From NCBI GenBank assembly GCA_964453155.1, contig CAYVQU010000002.1, positions 11,240 to 75,239 on the forward strand: a stretch of DNA of 64,000 nucleotides. Direction: 5' to 3'. The position numbers were made by a program, and so were the translations under genes. Positions 9,971 through 19,132 of the stretch are shown one piece after another (within the stretch, counting starts at the first letter, position 1; every line of letters starts with the position of its first letter). The notes beneath the pieces are model-generated. The model saw only the letters and a program-made list of their open reading frames with translations. It did no database searches and had not been told where the DNA came from. Source of the DNA: an uncultured Anaerolineales bacterium. Its GTDB lineage: Bacteria > Chloroflexota > Anaerolineae > Anaerolineales > UBA11858.

Positions 9971-10651
9971 CTACCACAACTTAAACCGATCCCATTTCTT
10001 TTCATCCCAACCTTCCTCACCGATGAGGGGGACAAAAGCCACGGCCGTGATGGTATTCGTTTCGAATTTAGGACCTAACCGCTGCCAGACTTCGAGGGTT
10101 TGACTGTATTTACGACCAACAGGCAAGACCAAGCGACCCCCATCGGCGAGTTGATTCAGCAGGGGTTGGGGCACTTTGGGGGCCGCGGCGGTGACCATGA
10201 TGCCTTCATAGGGGCTGTGTTCAGGCAAGCCGAGAGTACCATCGCCAGTATGGACCTGGACATTGGAGAGACCGTGTTCGAGCAACAATTCTTGGGCTGC
10301 GTCAGCGAGGGGTCCATGGCGCTCGATGGTGTGAACTTCAGCGGCCAGATGACCCAAAACCGCGGCCTGATACCCTGATCCGGTGCCGACTTCGAGCACT
10401 TTCTCATTTCCCTGTAGTTTGAGCGCCGCGGACATCAACGCGACGATATAGGGCTGCGAGATGGTCTGCCCCATGTTGATTCGGAGCGCGCCATCGGAGT
10501 AGGCCCAGGTGCGCTGGTCTGCGGGGATGAAGCAATGGCGCGGCACGGTCCGCATGGCATGGAGCACCTGGGGATCGCGCACGCCCCGTTTGGCAATCTG
10601 CTCTTGGACCATATGTTCGCGTTGGCCGTCGAAATCTTCAGGGGATGTCAT
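9971..10651 (-). CDS. pcm: protein-L-isoaspartate O-methyltransferase
   Basis: It has the SAM motif VLEVGTGSGYQAAVL, the ISQPYIVALM block and the PLIGEEG C-terminal region typical of PIMT. Confidence 0.88.
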   Translation of the reverse strand: MTSPEDFDGQREHMVQEQIAKRGVRDPQVLHAMRTVPRHCFIPADQRTWAYSDGALRINMGQTISQPYIVALMSAALKLQGNEKVLEVGTGSGYQAAVLGHLAAEVHTIERHGPLADAAQELLLEHGLSNVQVHTGDGTLGLPEHSPYEGIMVTAAAPKVPQPLLNQLADGGRLVLPVGRKYSQTLEVWQRLGPKFETNTITAVAFVPLIGEEGWDEKKWDRFKLW

Positions 10652-10737
10652 AATAATTCAACGCAAAGACGCTGAGATGCAAAGGTGCAAAGATATTTTT
10701 ATAGTTCTTTGCATCTCGGCCCAGTTGCGCCTTTGCG

Positions 10738-11469
10738 TTAAGCTTTTATTGCCAGGGCCGCACCGATGATTCCGGCTTCGTTGAGGGTTTCGGCAGGGAC
10801 AACTTCGGCTTCGACGGTCAGGTAGTGGAAGAATTTTCTGTGTTTTTTGCTGGCACCGCCACCCAAGATGAAGAGATCGGGCCAGAAGAGGGCTTCGAGG
10901 GTGTTGAGGTAGCGGTCGAAGCGCCTGGACCATTTCTTCCAGGAGAGATCGAGACGTTTACGGGCCGCATCGGAAGCGTTCCATTCGGCGTCTTCACCGT
11001 CAATTTCGATGTGACCGAGTTCGGTGTTGGGGACGAGAACCCCATCGCTGAAGATGCAGGTCCCTAACCCAGTGCCGATGGTGACGATCATGACGACACC
11101 CATTCGCCCCTTGCCGGCCCCAAAACCCATTTCGGCGAGACCGGCCGCGTCGGCATCATTGATCATGGTAACCGGACAACCGGTGGCTTTGCCAAAAAGT
11201 TTTGCCGCGTTGGTGCCGATCCAGCTATCATCAATGTTGGCCGCGGTGCGAGCCACCCCTTGCTGCACTGGGGCCGGGAACCCACAGCCAATGGGGCCCG
11301 TCCATTCGAAATGGTTGGCAATTTCGCCAACCACGGCGGCCATATCCGCGGGTTTAGCTCCTTCGGGGGTCGGAATTCGGTAACGCGGGGCTAATAATTC
11401 ACCTTTGATGGTGTCAACGGGGGCGCCCTTGATGCCGCTGCCGCCAACGTCAATGCCGAGAATGTTCAT
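10738..11469 (-). CDS. ppgK: polyphosphate glucokinase (ROK family)
   Basis: [31 protein letters not shown] and ELGHIEIDG match the ROK/PPGK pattern. The length is 243 aa. Confidence 0.8.
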   Translation of the reverse strand: MNILGIDVGGSGIKGAPVDTIKGELLAPRYRIPTPEGAKPADMAAVVGEIANHFEWTGPIGCGFPAPVQQGVARTAANIDDSWIGTNAAKLFGKATGCPVTMINDADAAGLAEMGFGAGKGRMGVVMIVTIGTGLGTCIFSDGVLVPNTELGHIEIDGEDAEWNASDAARKRLDLSWKKWSRRFDRYLNTLEALFWPDLFILGGGASKKHRKFFHYLTVEAEVVPAETLNEAGIIGAALAIKA

Positions 11470-11554
11470 GGGAAACTCCTAGGGATGAGATATCCCCATT
11501 ATACCTAAGAGATTTTGTTGATACGTGAAGCGTGATGAGTGAAATGTGAGATTC

Positions 11555-11563
11555 TGCTATAAT
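11555..11563 (+). promoter_or_regulatory. extended -10 promoter element (TGcTATAAT)
   Basis: TGCTATAAT lies at 11555-11563, about 10 nt before the left end of the IS200-like element. Confidence 0.45.
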
Positions 11564-11573
11564 CAAATCGCTC

Positions 11574-12208
11574 GGCGATAAATCATCGAGCTAACGGCTA
11601 AAGGACGGTGAACCGCCCTGTTATTAGCCCCAGCGGGGCTTGCGCTCTGAGCCTGGGAGTTTACCCCCAGGCGTTAGGAGGGAACTATGCCATATTGGCG
11701 ACTTTTCTATCACATTACTTGGGGGACGAAGCATCGATTACCACTCATCGAAAATTCTTGGGAAGATGATCTTTATGGTTATTTGTGGGGTAAAACGGAT
11801 GCTTTAGGTTGCATTCCGCACGCGATCATTGGGGTGGTAGATCATGTGCACATTGTTATTTCGATTCCCCCGAAGTTTGCGGTGGCAGAAGTTATTGGGA
11901 AACTCAAAGGTGCGAGTTCCCACCATGTCAATCAAACGATTTTGGGGGAGAAGAATTTTTATTGGCAAGCAGAATATGGGGTGATGACATTTTCTGAGCG
12001 GCACCTTTCAACGGTTGTAGCATATGTGCAAAATCAGAAGAAGCACCATGCTGAAGAATGGTTGTGGCCGATATTAGAGAGTCGTTCGATTGGAGCGCCC
12101 AGCGATAAATCACCGGGTTAAACGCTCAAGGACGGTAAACCGCCCTGATTATTAGCCCCAGCGGGGCTTGCGCGCTGAGCCTGGGGGTTTAGCCCCTGGC
12201 GAATTAGG
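11574..12208 (+). mobile_element. IS200/IS605-family element (tnpA only) with ~105-bp hairpin-bearing ends in direct orientation
   Basis: Coordinates 11574-11678 and 12102-12208 are near-identical direct repeats. Each carries two hairpins (AGCCCCAGCGGGGCT and GCCTGGG...CCCAGGC). They flank a Y1 HUH transposase gene. Confidence 0.7.
11687..12121 (+). CDS. tnpA: IS200-like Y1 (HUH) transposase TnpA
   Basis: It has the HUH motif (HVHIVISIP), a catalytic-Tyr region (VVAYVQNQKKHH) and the N-terminal block YHITWGTKHRLPLI. The length is 144 aa. Confidence 0.85.
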   Translation: MPYWRLFYHITWGTKHRLPLIENSWEDDLYGYLWGKTDALGCIPHAIIGVVDHVHIVISIPPKFAVAEVIGKLKGASSHHVNQTILGEKNFYWQAEYGVMTFSERHLSTVVAYVQNQKKHHAEEWLWPILESRSIGAPSDKSPG

Positions 12209-12904
12209 CTCATAATCCCACCGGAAATTACAATACTCAGCGCCCATCCCAATCGTCTGCGCGCGGCCCCATTTAATTGATTCAGGCATCGCACCCATCA
12301 AAATATCATCCAGTTTGCAGAAAACCGGGGTTAGCTCAGGGGCATTGTACTGTTTGAGAACATCGATATAAAAACAATGATGGATATCGAAAGCCAGAGA
12401 ATTTTCGTCATTTTGGACAATGTCATACTGCCAACCCGGCGCGGGGAAAGCATTGTCCATTGCGAAAAGCGTCAGTTTTCGAAAGATGTCGAAATTCTCA
12501 GGAGCGAATTTCATCAACTGGTTCAGCCGCATATTAAGGGGTGGAAATTGGTAAAACCAGGCTTCAAACAGAGCATCAATCTCAACCAGCGCAGTTTTGA
12601 CATCTTTACCATCTTCCCGCAGGATTTGATAGAGCGCTAACCCCGGCAAGATGTTGCCAACCACATGGGAGTTGAAGACTGCCTTATCGAAAACAGGTCG
12701 CTGAACCTTTAATTCTCCATAGCGCTGCTCGACGCGGGTCATGAAAATCGCGGCATTAAGTTCACCCATTTTCTCAGTCAGGATCCGCTGCCAGATTTTG
12801 GCGTTGGGCATGCGGGGCGTGGCAAATCGTTTTTTAGCAATGAGGGTGCCACCGACTGCACCGATTGCAAGACCAAGCAAGAATTTTGCGACGTTTTTGA
12901 GCAT
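12152..12904 (-). CDS. membrane-anchored ATC-hydrolase-like (L-2-amino-thiazoline-4-carboxylate hydrolase family) protein
   Basis: It has an N-terminal TM helix. The C-terminal block HHCFY...APELTPVFCKLDD...GAEYCNFRW resembles the ATC_hydrolase Cys pattern. The last ~19 codons lie inside the IS200 right-end repeat. Confidence 0.4.
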   Translation of the reverse strand: MLKNVAKFLLGLAIGAVGGTLIAKKRFATPRMPNAKIWQRILTEKMGELNAAIFMTRVEQRYGELKVQRPVFDKAVFNSHVVGNILPGLALYQILREDGKDVKTALVEIDALFEAWFYQFPPLNMRLNQLMKFAPENFDIFRKLTLFAMDNAFPAPGWQYDIVQNDENSLAFDIHHCFYIDVLKQYNAPELTPVFCKLDDILMGAMPESIKWGRAQTIGMGAEYCNFRWDYEPNSPGAKPPGSARKPRWG

Positions 12905-12962
12905 AGTTTCTCCTACAGAGAGGATAATGAGTTATTGGGTATAGAGTGACTGGGGCAATTCC

Positions 12963-13766
12963 CTAATCACCTACTTTCGGTTTCCTGCCAACATAAATCC
13001 CATAGCCCATAAAATTGAGATATTTCCCTGGATTACTCCCAACATATTTGAGCATGGCGCGCGTTTCCCGATCAGCAAACAGCGTTTTAAAGGTCCGTCC
13101 TAGTATGCGTAGATAGGTACGTTTGTTTAAGAGCGCACTCTGATTTTTCGCTTCGGTTCGCATTCCCATCGCATGGTCCTCGGCAACCAGATCAACCAAC
13201 CCGGCCTCCGTCATGAGATTCTGCCATAACTCGGAGGGCAGGAATTCTTGCCCGGTGAGGTCAACAATGGTTTGGCGCGCCGCTACTTCGGGGTCATTGA
13301 CCCAGATTGCTTCTGTCAGCCCCACATACCCGCCTGATTTGATGACCCGGACATATTCGCTCATGGCCTTCGGTTTATCTGGCACGAATACATTGACGCT
13401 CTCACTCATCACTGCGTCAAATTGATCGGCATCAAAGGGTAGGTCCATCGCATCACCCAACCGAAACTCGACCTGGTCACCCATGTCTTTCTCAGTAGCC
13501 CAATTTTGGGCGCTGGCTACCATACTGGGAAGCAGATCCACGCCAACAACGCGGCACCCATACTTCTCGGCGATATACAAACTTGATAGCCCCGAGCCGG
13601 AGCCGACATACAGAAGGATTTTCCCTGGTTGAAGTTGACATAATTCAGCTAATTTATGGGTCGCGTGGGCCCCGCCGATGTGCTTGGTATGGCCGATCTT
13701 AGCCTGCATATCGAAGTATTGGGGCAGGCCGTGGTCGGCGGCGCGGGATGAAGTTTTTTCAGACAT
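12963..13766 (-). CDS. class I SAM-dependent methyltransferase
   Basis: It has motif I (ILLYVGSGSGLSS) and post-I (VVGVDL). Confidence 0.75.
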   Translation of the reverse strand: MSEKTSSRAADHGLPQYFDMQAKIGHTKHIGGAHATHKLAELCQLQPGKILLYVGSGSGLSSLYIAEKYGCRVVGVDLLPSMVASAQNWATEKDMGDQVEFRLGDAMDLPFDADQFDAVMSESVNVFVPDKPKAMSEYVRVIKSGGYVGLTEAIWVNDPEVAARQTIVDLTGQEFLPSELWQNLMTEAGLVDLVAEDHAMGMRTEAKNQSALLNKRTYLRILGRTFKTLFADRETRAMLKYVGSNPGKYLNFMGYGIYVGRKPKVGD

Positions 13767-13887
13767 AACTCGCTTCCTTCAATTTTTGGAAAGTAAACCA
13801 CGAATTACGCTAATCCCCGTTAATTTCTTACAAAGATTGGCGAAAATTCGCGCAATTAGCGGTTTTAAATCCGCTTTTCTAGAATTA

Positions 13888-14598
13888 TTACCAGATGAAC
13901 GGCAGCAATCGATAGCGCGTCTTCTGTGTAAATTCCTGATACCCCTCCAACTCAACCTGGAGGGTTTTATCTTCCAGCGCGGTACGGATGATGAGAGCGA
14001 TGAGGGTGAGCGCGACGGGGATGTAGGCCCAGAGAGCTCCAAGGATCAGGGGTATGGCGGCGAAGAACAACGCGGCCCCAGAATATCCTGGATGGCGGAC
14101 GATTTTGTAGGGACCGGTATCGCAGACGGTGTGGCCACGATCGGTCTGGATGCGGACGACGGCGGAAAAGAAGCGGTTTTCGATCAAAGCCCAGGTGCCG
14201 AAGGCAAATCCGAGCAGGCCAACAGCTAATGCAATCCAGGGGATTGCCGGGACAATCGAAGCTGACCAGCCAAAGCGATAATCCAACCCGGCGACGATCA
14301 AAATGGCAATATTGCCATACACCCCGACAATGGCGCTGAGCGCCCGATCCCAGGATTTGACACCCGCCGCCGCGCGAAAGTTGCCGCGCTCCTGGGCTAA
14401 GTCAGGATTTAGTTTAAACATGGCCACGCGGCTGACAATCGTCAAAACAACGGTGACGGCAGAATATACCCAACCCAGGGGCCATTTGATTGTGCCAGCG
14501 GTGACGAAAAGAATAATGGGATTGAGTAAGAGATAGATGCCAAAGGCGATGAGGGCTTTGACGGGGAATTCTTTTTGGGGTGGTGTGGTGGTGGACAT
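13888..14598 (-). CDS. isoprenylcysteine carboxyl methyltransferase (ICMT/PEMT) family membrane protein
   Basis: It is multi-TM and has the C-terminal motif VRHPGYSGAALFF...RTALEDKTLQVELEGYQEFTQKTRYRLLP. Confidence 0.75.
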   Translation of the reverse strand: MSTTTPPQKEFPVKALIAFGIYLLLNPIILFVTAGTIKWPLGWVYSAVTVVLTIVSRVAMFKLNPDLAQERGNFRAAAGVKSWDRALSAIVGVYGNIAILIVAGLDYRFGWSASIVPAIPWIALAVGLLGFAFGTWALIENRFFSAVVRIQTDRGHTVCDTGPYKIVRHPGYSGAALFFAAIPLILGALWAYIPVALTLIALIIRTALEDKTLQVELEGYQEFTQKTRYRLLPFIW

Positions 14599-14714
14599 GG
14601 AGCCTCCGAAGATAAAAGATTAGGGGAGAAGGATTGGGGGAAAGAGTCATGCAACCCTATGCCCTAACACTTCATACCTTATCCTTTATAAATCTACCCC
14701 CAGCCCACAATACC

Positions 14715-15896
14715 CTAATAATATTCGTGTAAATAGGGCAATTTCTGGGGGAACATGGTCCGCAGGACTGCTTGTATCTCGAGAGATGGATCACCCCATC
14801 CCAAGAAGCAGAAATCTCCCGGATCGTTGGTACCATAAATTAGAGCGGATAAGCCTTGAATAGTGAGGGTGCAGTCGGCACTGGGGGCTGGGGAGACCTC
14901 CAGGGTACCGGAATCTCCCCTAAATTTCCAGATGCAGTTGTTCCAAGGGCAATCCGAGTCCACGATTTGGGCTGAGAACGTGCCGGGTTCGCACGGCATC
15001 CCATTTAATCCCTTAACATCCAAAACCCGGCCCATGGGGGCCACAAAGACGGGCTCCAACTCAGGACGGAGATCAGCCAGCCAGGTGCCAGGGCGCTCGT
15101 AGGCCGGGAGCCACATTTCGACTCGGTTAGCTTGATCGACGTGGCGGGCGATCCAATCGAGCATGAGATATTTGGCCGCGCTGGTCCGATAATAAAATCG
15201 AGGCGCTCGAAGTGTAAACCGCATAATCTCACCGCCGGTGAGTGAATAGACCATCAGCCCCACCAACTCGCCATCCACAATGGCTTTCAAGACCCAGCTC
15301 CGGTTACTCTGCGCACCTTCCTTTTGCGACTCTTCGAAATTGGCCATACCATGAATGCCGGGCTGCATGGCGAGAACATAATCGCGGTACTCATCGTAAA
15401 CATCGCCTACCAGCGCCAGTTCGCATTCTCCGGGGAGATCCATTTTGAAAATTGGCTGCAAATCCTGGGGATCGAAAATAGCCTGTCGAGTTTGGGGGAA
15501 AGTCACGTAGCCGAGGCGCTCGTAAAATGAGCCCCGGAATGGGTAGAGGCTGGAGACTACCCGGCCTTCGTTGACCTGTTGCTCATAGGCGTGGCGCATG
15601 AGTTGGCGCACGTAGCCCTTGCGACGAGCTTTGGGGTGGGTGGCGATACTCGCAAAGCCCCCCATCCTGAGGATTACCCCGCGCACATTCTGCGTGAGGG
15701 TCGGGCAGCCAACGACCGCGACGGCTTCAACGCCTTCAAATAGGGCGTAATAAGTCGGCCCTTTGCGCGTTTTCAGCCGCGTTTCCCACTCGGCTTTATC
15801 CGAGAAGGGTGGGTTGGCCGTATAGGCGTAGTTATCGAGCCAGTAGGTGATATCGAGAAGTTCTTGATCTTGGATTTGGCGGATGGTGGTGGACAT
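14715..15896 (-). CDS. Eis-like GNAT N-acetyltransferase with C-terminal SCP2-like domain
   Basis: It has GNAT motif A (HPKARRKGYVRQLM) and an Eis-family layout of about 390 aa. I chose the ATG at 15896 (MSTTIRQ) because the TTG-initiated extension to 15956 is encoded by a word-repeat spacer. Confidence 0.7.
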   Translation of the reverse strand: MSTTIRQIQDQELLDITYWLDNYAYTANPPFSDKAEWETRLKTRKGPTYYALFEGVEAVAVVGCPTLTQNVRGVILRMGGFASIATHPKARRKGYVRQLMRHAYEQQVNEGRVVSSLYPFRGSFYERLGYVTFPQTRQAIFDPQDLQPIFKMDLPGECELALVGDVYDEYRDYVLAMQPGIHGMANFEESQKEGAQSNRSWVLKAIVDGELVGLMVYSLTGGEIMRFTLRAPRFYYRTSAAKYLMLDWIARHVDQANRVEMWLPAYERPGTWLADLRPELEPVFVAPMGRVLDVKGLNGMPCEPGTFSAQIVDSDCPWNNCIWKFRGDSGTLEVSPAPSADCTLTIQGLSALIYGTNDPGDFCFLGWGDPSLEIQAVLRTMFPQKLPYLHEYY

Positions 15897-16019
15897 GGCA
15901 GTTGGTTTGTTAGTTGGATGGTTGGTGAAAAATTTTGAGCTGTCTGATTGGTTCAAAGAGTCTTACTGGTCGGACATTTCAAACCAATCAGACCTTTTGG
16001 AACCTTTTGACCAATTGGA

Positions 16020-16613
16020 CTACTTCCGTTGGCGGTAAAGATCAGGATCAACCACCGCTTGCATTTGCTCGATATCCAACTCTCCACCCAAAAATTCGTT
16101 GATTTTATGGACGTAGGGAGTGGGGTCAGCGAGCATAGCATTGTAATCGACATCGATATATTGTAGGTTGGATTGGCTGTCCATCCAGGCCTTGACTTGC
16201 TTGACATGCTTGGCAAACAGGTCGGCCATGGTGGCGTCGTCGACTTTAGAATCTTCACCGCGATTTGCGAGCATCTTGGCCTGGGAGGCTAATACTTCTT
16301 CGATTTTGCGGCGCATGAAGAGGACGCGGTACTCATAGTTATTGGGGAGGGAGGTTAGCAGCGCGCCGATCACTTTGACGGCTTTGCCTTCAGCATCGGG
16401 AAGCCAGGCGACATCGCCTTCTTTGAGCTTTTTGGCGCGCTCGAATTCATAATAACCCTTGGGGTTGTCGCTATCCGCGGTGCGGATATGGTCGGTGAGA
16501 GGGGGAATTCCACCCGCTTCGAGCATCGTCATCGTCATCGAGGTCCCCGAGCGCGGCAGTCCCGAGACGATGGTGATGGGTGTTTTTTTCTTGCGTTTGA
16601 ATAGTTTTAGCAT
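16020..16613 (-). CDS. sulfotransferase family protein
   Basis: It has the PAPS-binding 5'-PSB-like loop SGLPRSGTSMT. The length is 197 aa. Confidence 0.65.
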   Translation of the reverse strand: MLKLFKRKKKTPITIVSGLPRSGTSMTMTMLEAGGIPPLTDHIRTADSDNPKGYYEFERAKKLKEGDVAWLPDAEGKAVKVIGALLTSLPNNYEYRVLFMRRKIEEVLASQAKMLANRGEDSKVDDATMADLFAKHVKQVKAWMDSQSNLQYIDVDYNAMLADPTPYVHKINEFLGGELDIEQMQAVVDPDLYRQRK

Positions 16614-16717
16614 GTTAAGTCCTTGAAGTAGAACACGGATGACGCGGATCTATTTATTTAATTTATATCCATGCGAATCCGAAAAATTCGCGTCATCCGC
16701 GTTCTATTTATGAAATG

Positions 16718-16751
16718 AAAAACCGACCGCGGATGGTGCTGCGGCCGGTTT
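16718..16751 (-). terminator. Rho-independent terminator after the ABC ATPase gene
   Basis: In minus-strand sense, the stem is ACCGGCCGC / GCGGUCGGU (9 bp, one G-U pair) and UUUUC follows. Confidence 0.6.
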
Positions 16752-16781
16752 GAATTATAGTCGAAAAACAGGTGTTTGGCT

Positions 16782-17639
16782 TTAAGCGCCGTTGGTCTCA
16801 ACTAGGAAATTTTTGACGGCTTTGAGGCCTTTCTTGGGCAATTCCATTTCGGCAAGAGCCCCATCGTGATCGCCTTCGACGATGCGGCGGCCGAGACCGG
16901 AGTGACGCCACATTTTGAGATCCTCCTCGACCGGAGAGCCGATCACATCTTCACGGGCAATCTTGCCATCGGCCATGACGACGATGCGGTTGGTCTGCCG
17001 GGCGACAGTGTGGTCGTGGGTGACGACGATGAAAGTGGTTCCCTGACTGGCATTGAGATCGTGGAGTAGGGTCATCAGGGCGCGCCCAGATTCGGAGTCC
17101 AGAGCACCGGTGGGTTCATCAGCGAGAACCAAGGCCGGATTATTGGCTAACGCCCGGGCTACCGCGACCCGTTGGCGCTGTCCGCCGGAGAGTTGGTTGG
17201 GTAGGTGGGTCATCCGATCACCCAATCCGACAAGTTCCAATAGCTCTTTCGAACGTTTCTTGCGGGCCAGAAGCCCAACTTGGCCCATCATCGGCACTTC
17301 AACGTTTTCACGCGCCGTCAGGGTCGGGATCAGGTTATGGAGTTGAAACACAAACCCTACTTTTTTAGCCCGAAAGACATCTTTATTCTTGATTTTAGCG
17401 AGGTCTTCGCCTTCAATAAGAACCTGGCCGTTGGTAGGTTCATCCAGGGCACCGATCATATTGAGCAATGTGCTTTTTCCGCTACCGCTGGGTCCCATTA
17501 CAGAGACCAGTTCACCCTGCTCAATCTTAAGGTCAACCCCATCCAAAGCCCGGATTTCTTCACCATCGCCATAGATGCGGGTGAGGTCGCGGGTTTCGAT
17601 GAGGGGAGTGGGAGTGCTTATATTTTGGGTCATAGGCAA
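16782..17639 (-). CDS. ABC transporter ATP-binding protein (MacB/LolD-type)
   Basis: It has Walker A (GPSGSGKST), the signature LSGGQRQR and Walker B (LVLADEPT). A C-terminal extension of about 55 aa follows. Confidence 0.9.
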   Translation of the reverse strand: MPMTQNISTPTPLIETRDLTRIYGDGEEIRALDGVDLKIEQGELVSVMGPSGSGKSTLLNMIGALDEPTNGQVLIEGEDLAKIKNKDVFRAKKVGFVFQLHNLIPTLTARENVEVPMMGQVGLLARKKRSKELLELVGLGDRMTHLPNQLSGGQRQRVAVARALANNPALVLADEPTGALDSESGRALMTLLHDLNASQGTTFIVVTHDHTVARQTNRIVVMADGKIAREDVIGSPVEEDLKMWRHSGLGRRIVEGDHDGALAEMELPKKGLKAVKNFLVETNGA

Positions 17640-17735
17640 GTTCCAGGGAAAATAGGGACTAGGGGGCCGAGGTGAGGGGGGTGGGCAAGCTCCATAATTG
17701 CGGAGCCCTAACCCTTCACCCTTATCCCCTGCCCT

Positions 17736-19079
17736 TTATTCCAATTCAACATCCACAAAGGCCGTCATCCCCCAACGTAACTCTGCCGGGACTTCGTCCA
17801 GTTCGACGACGACGGTGTAGTTGACGCCGGAGCCTTCGGTGGCCTTGGGCGCAATGCTGGTGATGGTGCCATCAATGACGGCATCCGGCAAGGCATCGAA
17901 GGTCACAATGACCCGGTCCTGAACCGCCACTTGGGCCACATCAATCTCACCCAGGTCCGTGGTCTCGACGTGCAGGTGTCCGAGATCGGCCAGGAGCAGG
18001 ACGGGTTGACCGGGCGAAACGAATTCACTCTCATTGATGTTGAGTTCACCAATCGTCCCGCTGAAGGAAGCTACCAGTTCCAGGTCCGCCAGCGCCGCTT
18101 CGGCTGCCGCCAGTTGGGCCTTGGCATTCTCGATCCGGGCCTCCGCAATCGCCACATCATCGGGGTCCGGCCCCTGAGTGTACATCTCGTGGTCGGCCTG
18201 GGCATCGGCAATCAAAGCTTCCAAGACGGCAATGTCTCCGGGTTCAGGCCCCTGTTGGACTCGATCCCACTCGCGCTGGGCTTGGGCCAGTTGGGCCTGC
18301 GCCAGCAGCAGCTTGCCTTCTTCCGCATCAATGTCCACCTGCCGCCCCGTCCCCTGCAGGTTGTTCAAGCGGCGGACCGCATCTTCGTAGGCTTTCTCCG
18401 CCGTGGCTTTCTTGGCCAGGAAGTGGGCCCGCGTCAGGTTCGTCTCCGCTTTCTTCTCATGTTCTTCGAAGTCTTCGGTCGCTTTCTCCAGCGCATCTTC
18501 TGCCAAAATCACCTGGGCCTGGGCCGCATCAATGTCATACTGATTGGCCGTCGTCTGTTGGTAGCGGAAGTTCCGGTCGTAGGTGTCGATGGCCTTGTTG
18601 GCATCCGCAATCGCCTTCAGGGCCGCCGCTGCTTGCAAATCGAAGGCCAGCAGTTCTTCCAGTTGGACGGCGTAGTCTTCTTTGGCCTGCAGGGCTTGGG
18701 CCGCCAGAAGATCGGTGTTGTCATATAGTTGATCCAGGGCGTATTCGGCGTTGGCCAGTTCGAACTTGGCCGCTGAGACCGCCGCCTGCTGCTGTTCGGT
18801 CCCTTCCAGGCGCACCAGGACGTCGCCTTCACTTACTACATCCCCCTTCTCGACCAATACTTCCTGCACCACTCCGCCGGTCTTGACCGACAGGTAGGCG
18901 CGCTGTTCGGGCACTACTTCGCCGGTAGCACTCACGATCGGCACAAATTCTTCAAAGACCGTCACTGCCTCGGCTTCTGCCGCTTCATCGCCACCAGGCG
19001 TAGGCAGTTCGCAGCTGGTGAGGGCAAAAGCCAGACTCAGGGCCAAAATTGCTAATATGGTTACTTTGCTTGTTTTCAT
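17736..19079 (-). CDS. HlyD/MacA-type periplasmic adaptor lipoprotein
   Basis: It has a lipobox (LTSC), a barrel-sandwich start (GGVVQEVLVEKGDVVSEGDVL) and a long Ala/Gln/Glu coiled-coil hairpin. Confidence 0.8.
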   Translation of the reverse strand: MKTSKVTILAILALSLAFALTSCELPTPGGDEAAEAEAVTVFEEFVPIVSATGEVVPEQRAYLSVKTGGVVQEVLVEKGDVVSEGDVLVRLEGTEQQQAAVSAAKFELANAEYALDQLYDNTDLLAAQALQAKEDYAVQLEELLAFDLQAAAALKAIADANKAIDTYDRNFRYQQTTANQYDIDAAQAQVILAEDALEKATEDFEEHEKKAETNLTRAHFLAKKATAEKAYEDAVRRLNNLQGTGRQVDIDAEEGKLLLAQAQLAQAQREWDRVQQGPEPGDIAVLEALIADAQADHEMYTQGPDPDDVAIAEARIENAKAQLAAAEAALADLELVASFSGTIGELNINESEFVSPGQPVLLLADLGHLHVETTDLGEIDVAQVAVQDRVIVTFDALPDAVIDGTITSIAPKATEGSGVNYTVVVELDEVPAELRWGMTAFVDVELE

Positions 19080-19132
19080 AGTTATCTCCTAAAAAACGCT
19101 AAAATGTTCAACGTTCGAACTTTCCAACGCTG

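Noticed and set aside
9874-10035. N-terminal 54-codon extension of the small membrane ORF (9580-10035 as given in the track)
   Set aside because: The extension overlaps the 3' end of pcm and is encoded by the 8-bp TGGTTTGT repeat. The internal ATG at 9873 gives a sensible membrane protein.
13678-14229. 183-aa plus-strand ORF spanning the methyltransferase/ICMT spacer
   Set aside because: It overlaps two motif-supported minus-strand genes and a word-repeat spacer, and it has no motif support.
17931-18728. 265-aa plus-strand ORF inside the adaptor gene
   Set aside because: It is antisense to the HlyD/MacA-type CDS. Its Arg/Gly/Leu-rich translation mirrors the coiled-coil codons on the other strand.
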